Assembly: GCA_963795085.1 (NCBI GenBank)
Contig: CAWCFX010000006.1
Location: 448,001 to 512,000, forward strand
Source: an uncultured Gemmatimonadales bacterium
GTDB taxonomy: Bacteria > Gemmatimonadota > Gemmatimonadetes > Gemmatimonadales > GWC2-71-9
DNA length: 64,000 nucleotides
Direction of reading: 5' to 3'
A program made the translations under genes and the position numbers. The notes under the pieces are model-generated. The model was not told the DNA's origin. It worked only from the letters and a program-made list of their open reading frames with translations, and did not search any database. Below, one piece after another: positions 58,484-64,000 of the stretch; position 1 is the stretch's first letter, and the number at the start of each line of letters is the position of its first letter.

Positions 58484-59080
58484 TCACCGGCTCCTCCACT
58501 TCGACCCGGCCACCACAAACCGGAGCGGCCAGTCGGCTGCCTTGGTGATGCCGATCCGCGGGGTCACGGCGACGTCCTCCGGAGCCAGGGATGATCCGCT
58601 CACCACCTGGACTGGCGAGGCCTGCATCAGGCTCTGATCGAGCGCGCGGGTAATCCCCAACGCCTGGCAGAGCTTCCCGGGACCGTTACAGAGCAGCCGA
58701 TCGTCCTTCACGCCCCGGCGGCGGCGCATGGTCTCCAGACCCTCCACCGGCTCCAGGGCGCGGAGCAGCACCGCGGCACCTATGCCGTGGGAGGAACAGA
58801 CCAGGTTGGCGCACCAGTGAATGCCGTAGGAGAGATAGACGTACCAGCCGCCGGCGGGACCGTAGAGACCCTGGTTCATGGCGTTTTTCCGAAGCTGGTA
58901 GCCGTGGGACGCCGGGTCCTCCCGGCCCAGGTAGGCCTCGGTCTCCACGATCCGCCCGGCCGTCCGCCGGCCTCCAATGTCGCTGACGACCAGGGTACCC
59001 AGCAGCTCGCGGGCGACCGTTTCGGCGGGGCGGGTGAAAAACCGAACGGGCAGCACCTTCGCTGCCCGCTTCCGATCCAT
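58484..59080 (-). CDS. mpg: DNA-3-methyladenine glycosylase (MPG family)
   Basis: GRIVETEAY, DPASH, YVYLSYGIHWCAN, AVLLRA, GPGKLCQALGI, PRIGI. Confidence 0.95.
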   Translation of the reverse strand: MDRKRAAKVLPVRFFTRPAETVARELLGTLVVSDIGGRRTAGRIVETEAYLGREDPASHGYQLRKNAMNQGLYGPAGGWYVYLSYGIHWCANLVCSSHGIGAAVLLRALEPVEGLETMRRRRGVKDDRLLCNGPGKLCQALGITRALDQSLMQASPVQVVSGSSLAPEDVAVTPRIGITKAADWPLRFVVAGSKWRSR

Positions 59081-60672
59081 CAAGCCTTTTTGGCCCGGGA
59101 CCGACGGGGCTTCTTCGGCCGGGCGGCCTCTGCTTCGCCACCCCCTCCCGCCGGAGCTGCCTCGGCAACGGATGCCGCGACCTTGGGCTCCGCTTTCGGC
59201 GTCCGGGCCCGGGAGGTCCGGGTCCGCTTGGCCTTTTTCGGTTCTTCCTTCACCGGCACGTCCGCGGCGGCCTTGGCTGCAGGCTCGTCGATCTTCACCA
59301 CTCCTACCATGGGGACCTCGGCTCGGGTCATCCCGCCCCGGGATCCCCGGCGGAACCGGAGGCCGGCCCGCTTGCCATTGGCGGCGGCCGGTTCGGCGGG
59401 CTCCGTGCGGGACGGGGACCCGGCCGTCTCGCCCGCAGGCACCACGGAAGGCACGGCGGGGCGCTCCACCCGGAACCCGGGCCGAGTGCTCACCTCGTAC
59501 TGGTCGTCGCCCACCATGCGCACGTCGGCCACCTCGGCATCATGTGCCTGCCGGAGGAAGCGATGGAACCGTTCGGTTTCCAGCAGCGGATCGGACTTGC
59601 CGAACAAGGCCGCCATCCGGTTCCGCACCGCCTCGCCGGCGCTGGGACTGGGCAGCTCGCCCAGTGCCTGCCGGAACAGTTCGAAGGCCTGGGCCAGGGT
59701 CATCGCCTTGTCGCCGCCGGAGGCCCGTGCCGGCGTCTGGGCCGCGGCGGCGGGAGCCGCCGCAGCCGGCGAGGCCCCCGCTTCCCTGCCTCGCCCCCGG
59801 CCCCGCCCCCGGCCCCGGCCTCGCCGGGCGCCGTCTTCCCGCGCCCCTTCCCGTCCGCTCTCGCGGGCGGCCGGAGCCGCCTCCGCGGACGGCGGGGACA
59901 CCGCCGCCACCGCCGACTCGAGCGGGCCGATGTCGTACTGGCCGTTTTCCATCTTGGTGACCCGGAGCAGCTTCCGGGTCCCGGCCTCGACCAGGAACTT
60001 GCTGAACCGGTTGAACCCGGCATTGCTCTCGTCGAAGTTGGGATCGATCTGCTGCATCACCTGCTTGAGCCGGTCGGAGCGCATCACGTCATGGTTGCGC
60101 GCCATCTGGGCCACCGCCTCGCTCACCAGCTCCCACGGATCGCGCTGGATGGAAGGCGTGTCCACTTCCTTGGTCAGCCCGGCCAGGTCACTGTAGGAGT
60201 AGTATTCGTCGCAGTTCTGAATCAGCAGGTCGCTGGCCGACTCCCGGATACCCACCCCGATCACGTACTTGCCATACTCCTTCAGCTTGATGACCATCGC
60301 CGAGAAATCGCTGTCACCCGACAGCAGGATGAACGTGCCGATCTCGGGCCGGGTGAACACCAGCTCCATGGCGTCGATGGCCAGGCGGATATCGGTCGCG
60401 TTCTTCTTGTTGGTGCCGAACGCAGGCGCGAAGATGAGGTCGATCGAGGATTCGGAGAGGGGAACGATGTACTGGGGATAGCGGCGCCAGTCGGCGTAGG
60501 CCCGCTGGACCGCCACCTTGCCTTTGATGATGTCGCTGCTGAGCAGCGTCTTGAGTTCTTTGGTGAGGTCGGATCGAATCCCGAGCGTGACGTTGTCGAA
60601 ATCAATCAGCAGGGCGGCGTTGGGGGCGTGCAGGGGGCGTTCGCCGCGGGGCTTCCGCAGAATCTGGTTCAC
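59080..60672 (-). CDS. NYN (LabA/DUF88) domain protein with LOTUS/OST-HTH-like domain and low-complexity tails
   Basis: LIDFDN, RAYADW, KNATDIRLAIDA, SGDSDF; IDPNFDE..GFNRFSKFL. Confidence 0.9.
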   Translation of the reverse strand: MNQILRKPRGERPLHAPNAALLIDFDNVTLGIRSDLTKELKTLLSSDIIKGKVAVQRAYADWRRYPQYIVPLSESSIDLIFAPAFGTNKKNATDIRLAIDAMELVFTRPEIGTFILLSGDSDFSAMVIKLKEYGKYVIGVGIRESASDLLIQNCDEYYSYSDLAGLTKEVDTPSIQRDPWELVSEAVAQMARNHDVMRSDRLKQVMQQIDPNFDESNAGFNRFSKFLVEAGTRKLLRVTKMENGQYDIGPLESAVAAVSPPSAEAAPAARESGREGAREDGARRGRGRGRGRGRGREAGASPAAAAPAAAAQTPARASGGDKAMTLAQAFELFRQALGELPSPSAGEAVRNRMAALFGKSDPLLETERFHRFLRQAHDAEVADVRMVGDDQYEVSTRPGFRVERPAVPSVVPAGETAGSPSRTEPAEPAAANGKRAGLRFRRGSRGGMTRAEVPMVGVVKIDEPAAKAAADVPVKEEPKKAKRTRTSRARTPKAEPKVAASVAEAAPAGGGGEAEAARPKKPRRSRAKKA

Positions 60673-60998
60673 GTAGCACTTGGCTCCAGGCCCCGCCCCG
60701 GCGGACGTCCCGCAGGCGAATCATTCCGGACCCGGTCCACGGAAATTCGCCGCGGTCGCTCCCGCGGGGGAGGCCTACTAGGGGCCCTCGGGAATGCCAG
60801 GCAGACGGTTTAGCCTGTGTCAGGCCAGTACTCCGTCGACCGATCGCAGCCGAGGGCTTATCAGTCAGTTCCCGCCCATCTGGCGGGAATCAGGTTCTCC
60901 GGGGGCCGGTGGCCGGGTCGTCAGGGCACCAGCCGGATCGCGGAGTCGCCGCAAGAACATTGCAGCACTTGAATTTAGCCGGGGGAGCCGGATCGAAG

Positions 60999-62102
60999 CT
61001 AGGGGGCGGAGGCGGCCTCGATGGCGGCGACCACCCGGACCCCCGCCTGGCCGTCCCAGAACTCAGGCGCTTTTCTGGCCTGCTTTCCGTTGGACCGGTC
61101 ACCCAGGACTCCCTGGATTGCCGCTTCGACCGCCGCCCGGGTGGAGCGGACCAGCCGGTTAGTTCCCTGGGTGACGGTGACCGGGCGCTCGGTATTGGGA
61201 CGGGCGGTGATGCAGGGGACACCGAGCACGGTGGTCTCTTCCTGGAGCCCGCCGGAATCGGTGAGTACCAGCGCGGAGCGGTCGACCAGCGAGATCGTCT
61301 CGAGGTACCCGAGCGGTTCCACCAGCCGGACATCGCCGGCGAGCTGGGCCAGCCCGAATTCCTCGATCCTTCGCCGGGTCCGGGGATGAATGGGGAAGAT
61401 CACCGGCATGGTCCGGGCGAGGTCGCCCAGTGCGGCCAGCAGTTCGCCCAGGGTCTCCCGGGAATCCACGTTGGAGGGTCGGTGCAGGGTCACCAGGGCG
61501 TACCCTCGGTCCGCCAGCCCGAACCGCTCCGGCGTACCGGTTGCCCGGGCCCGGTCCAGCAGGTGCAGCAGGGTATCCACCATGACATTGCCGACCAGCA
61601 CGATCCGGTGCGGTTCGATCCCCTCGGCGGCCAGGTTCTCGTCACCGTCCCGGCTTGGCGTCAGGCAGAGGTCGGCCAGCTGGTCGGTGAGGATCCGGTT
61701 CAACTCTTCCGGCATTCCCCGGTCCCGGCTGCGCAGCCCGGCCTCCACGTGGGCGATCCGGATACCTTTCTTGGCGGCAACCAGCGCGCAGGCGATGGTG
61801 GAGTTCACATCGCCATAGACCAGGATCCAGTCGGGACGGTGCTGGTCCAGCACCGGCTCGAACTCGATCATGATGCGCCCGGTCTGGACGGCGTGGGAGC
61901 CGGAGCCCACCCCCAGGTTCACGTCGGGGGCGGGCAGGTCCAGGTCGGTAAAGAACGCGTCGCTCATGGCGTGGTCGTAGTGCTGGCCGGTGTGCACGAG
62001 GACCTGTTCGACTCCAGGCCGAGCCCGGGCCGCGCGGATCACCGGCGCCACTTTCATGAAGTTGGGCCGGGCCCCGACGACGTGGAGAAGTTTCATGGGC
62101 AT
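60999..62102 (-). CDS. wecB: UDP-N-acetylglucosamine 2-epimerase (non-hydrolysing)
   Basis: GARPNFMK, HTGQHYD, YGDVNST, HVEAGLRS, TLHRPSNVD, TDSGGLQEE. Confidence 0.95.
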   Translation of the reverse strand: MPMKLLHVVGARPNFMKVAPVIRAARARPGVEQVLVHTGQHYDHAMSDAFFTDLDLPAPDVNLGVGSGSHAVQTGRIMIEFEPVLDQHRPDWILVYGDVNSTIACALVAAKKGIRIAHVEAGLRSRDRGMPEELNRILTDQLADLCLTPSRDGDENLAAEGIEPHRIVLVGNVMVDTLLHLLDRARATGTPERFGLADRGYALVTLHRPSNVDSRETLGELLAALGDLARTMPVIFPIHPRTRRRIEEFGLAQLAGDVRLVEPLGYLETISLVDRSALVLTDSGGLQEETTVLGVPCITARPNTERPVTVTQGTNRLVRSTRAAVEAAIQGVLGDRSNGKQARKAPEFWDGQAGVRVVAAIEAASAP

Positions 62103-62203
62103 TTCAGATTTCAGATTTTAGCGTGCTGGGTGCTGCGTGCTGATTGAAGCTCTCCGCCTCCGCCCCGGCTGCGCTCTGCACTCTGCACTCTGCACTCTGC
62201 ACT
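62101..62203. repeat. Heptamer repeats (ATTTCAG x3, CGTGCTG x3, CTGCACT x4-5)
   Basis: Read directly from the intergenic sequence. Confidence 0.8.
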
Positions 62204-63372
62204 CACAGTTGGGCCGCCTGGGGAAGCTCCAGCTCAAAGTAGAAGCGGGTTCCCGAGTCGGGCGACGTCTCCACCTTGAGCTCGGAGCCCATGGCTTCGA
62301 CCAGCTTGCGGCAGATGGAGAGGCCCAGCCCGGCGCCGGAGAACTTGTAGTCGCCGCTCTTGATCCGGCGGCGGAAGGGCAGGAAGAGGGTGTTCATGGC
62401 CTGGGGCGGGATGCCCCGGCCGGTGTCCTGGACCGAGAACTCGAGGCCGGTCCGCCCCGATTGCCGGGCCAGGACCTCGACGTGACCCTCGTCGGTAAAC
62501 TTGAGCGCGTTGGTGGTGAGGTTGAGGAGGACCCGGCTGAGCGCGACCGGGTGGCCAATCCGAAAATCTGAGCCCGGCGGCGCGACCCGCACGGCCAGGC
62601 CTTTTTCCTCGGCGATGGGAAGCACGATATCGCGGACTGACTCGAGAATGTCGGTGACGCTGAACGGGATGGGATCGAGGTCCACCAGCCGGTCGCCGCC
62701 CCGCGCCAGCTCGATCACGTCGCTGGCCATGGCGCTCAGCCCGAACGCCGCGCTGTAGATCAGCCCCAGCTGGCGCTCCTGGATCTCGTTGATGGCCCCG
62801 CTGCGCCCCCGCTGCAGCGTCTCCGCGAGAAAGAGGATCGAGGTCAGCGGCGAGCGGATGTCATGGGCTACTTCGACGACGAGTTCGAGGCCGTTGGGGC
62901 CGGAGAGGCGGTCGGCGAAATGCTGGGCCCAGTCGGGATCCAGCCCGTGGGCCACCCGCTCGATGGCGCAGAGCAGGTGGATGGCTTCGCCGGCCGGAAT
63001 CAGGGTACCCGCGCCGTCGATCTCGCCCAGCAGGAACCGGCGAATCAGGTCGAGCAGGTGGCGGGACAGGGGCGACCGCACCAGGTCGGTGACCGGAGCC
63101 TCGCCGCGCAGCGCGCTCTGCCGGATGGCTTCCTTGAGGAGCAGCGCCTGGGCTTCGATTTCTTCCGAGATATGCGATCCGGCTTCCAGTCCGGGCCATT
63201 CGGTCCGAACCCGCACCACCGCCCGGTCCAGGGCGCCCGCCAGGGCGGGGGAAAGCTCGGAAGGAAACGCCTCCGCCGGACGCGCTCCCGCGGCCCCATG
63301 TTCGGGGGTGCGGCGGGGGGCGTGCCGGGCTCGTTCGTCCGTCGTCGCTTTACCGGTCACCTGGCTGGGCAT
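62203..63372 (-). CDS. Cytoplasmic sensor histidine kinase
   Basis: AHDIRSPL, NLTTNALKF, DTGRGI, GAGLGL; no TM seen. Confidence 0.9.
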   Translation of the reverse strand: MPSQVTGKATTDERARHAPRRTPEHGAAGARPAEAFPSELSPALAGALDRAVVRVRTEWPGLEAGSHISEEIEAQALLLKEAIRQSALRGEAPVTDLVRSPLSRHLLDLIRRFLLGEIDGAGTLIPAGEAIHLLCAIERVAHGLDPDWAQHFADRLSGPNGLELVVEVAHDIRSPLTSILFLAETLQRGRSGAINEIQERQLGLIYSAAFGLSAMASDVIELARGGDRLVDLDPIPFSVTDILESVRDIVLPIAEEKGLAVRVAPPGSDFRIGHPVALSRVLLNLTTNALKFTDEGHVEVLARQSGRTGLEFSVQDTGRGIPPQAMNTLFLPFRRRIKSGDYKFSGAGLGLSICRKLVEAMGSELKVETSPDSGTRFYFELELPQAAQL

Positions 63373-63374
63373 CC

Positions 63375-64000
63375 TTACTCTGAAGGTCCGGTCGGCCCTT
63401 CGCGCTCGAACTTGTGCTTGTCCATCAGCCGGTAGAGGGTCGTCCGGTCAATGCTGGCCAGACGGGCCGCCTTGGACATGTTCCCTCCGGCCCGGCCGAT
63501 CAGCCGGGTAAGGTACTCCCGCTCGAATTGGGCGACCACCCGGTCCTTCGCCGGATGATAGGCATCATCCATGACCCCTGCCGGCATCCCCGATTCAGCT
63601 GGCCATTCCTCGGCGTCCTCGTAGATGGGAATATCGTTCGGCTGGATAAGCTGGTCGGGTTCGGCCAGCACCGCGACGTGCTCGATCACATTCTGCAGTT
63701 CCCGGACGTTGCCACGCCAGGGCCGGGACCGGAGGAAGGTGATGCTGGCCTCGCTCAGCTTGGGCACCCGGTCGCCCATCTGGCGATGCCGTTGCCAGTA
63801 GTAGGTCAGGAAGTGGTTGGCCAGCAGCGGAATGTCCTCCTGCCGCTTGCGGAGCGGAGGCAGCTTGATGGGCACCACCTGGAGCCGGTAGAAGAGGTCG
63901 CCTCGCAGAACGCCGCCATTGACGGCATCCTGCGGATCGCGGTTGGTGGCGGAGACGAAACGGACGTCCACCACCGCATCCTGGGTCTCGCTGCCTACCC
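63375..64000 (-). CDS. Sigma54-dependent activator, C-terminal part (truncated by the window)
   Basis: DVRFVSATNR, RGDLFYRL, WRGNVRELQN, Fis HTH. Confidence 0.92.
   Translation of the reverse strand, partial: VGSETQDAVVDVRFVSATNRDPQDAVNGGVLRGDLFYRLQVVPIKLPPLRKRQEDIPLLANHFLTYYWQRHRQMGDRVPKLSEASITFLRSRPWRGNVRELQNVIEHVAVLAEPDQLIQPNDIPIYEDAEEWPAESGMPAGVMDDAYHPAKDRVVAQFEREYLTRLIGRAGGNMSKAARLASIDRTTLYRLMDKHKFEREGPTGPSE

Noticed and set aside
60850..60900. Fluoride-riboswitch-like CTGATAAGCCCT with an adjacent hairpin
   Set aside because: The 5' GGYGATGG pseudoknot half is missing and the downstream gene is unrelated

Overview
High-GC bacterial chromosomal window. Gene content and intergenic repeat style suggest Gemmatimonadota, but this is an inference. 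About 1-28 kb is a run of small accessory modules: an NtrC-type regulator, YHYH protein, two AraC regulators, P450, serine hydrolase, cold-shock protein, LytS/LytTR plus S41 peptidase, LuxR/DUF4199/VOC and hydrolases. About 28-64 kb looks more core-like: Gfo/Idh/MocA plus DUF1080, GH38, a MoxR/DUF58/DUF4350/DUF4129 plus RDD-SpoIIM cluster, rho-ruvX-mltG, thiE, an RlmI-like methyltransferase, a CDF transporter, an orphan Cys-type formate dehydrogenase, tdh-kbl, mpg, an NYN protein, wecB and a histidine kinase/sigma54 activator pair. I found no rRNA, tRNA, CRISPR array, transposase or integrase. The most unusual signals are non-coding or very small: (1) a 4-copy, ~132-bp multi-hairpin tandem array at 6262-6790; (2) an unannotated micro zinc-finger ORF whose fourth ligand codon is an in-frame UGA followed by a hairpin; (3) two microproteins (27 and 55 aa) missed by the ORF track, one with a candidate sigma54/IHF promoter and terminator; (4) several families of 7-14 bp intergenic repeats in inverted arrangements; (5) recurrent candidate leaderless promoters. 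Three genes (P450, cyclase, thiE) carry single-base frameshifts that may be assembly errors. All calls are by eye; no database searches were run.
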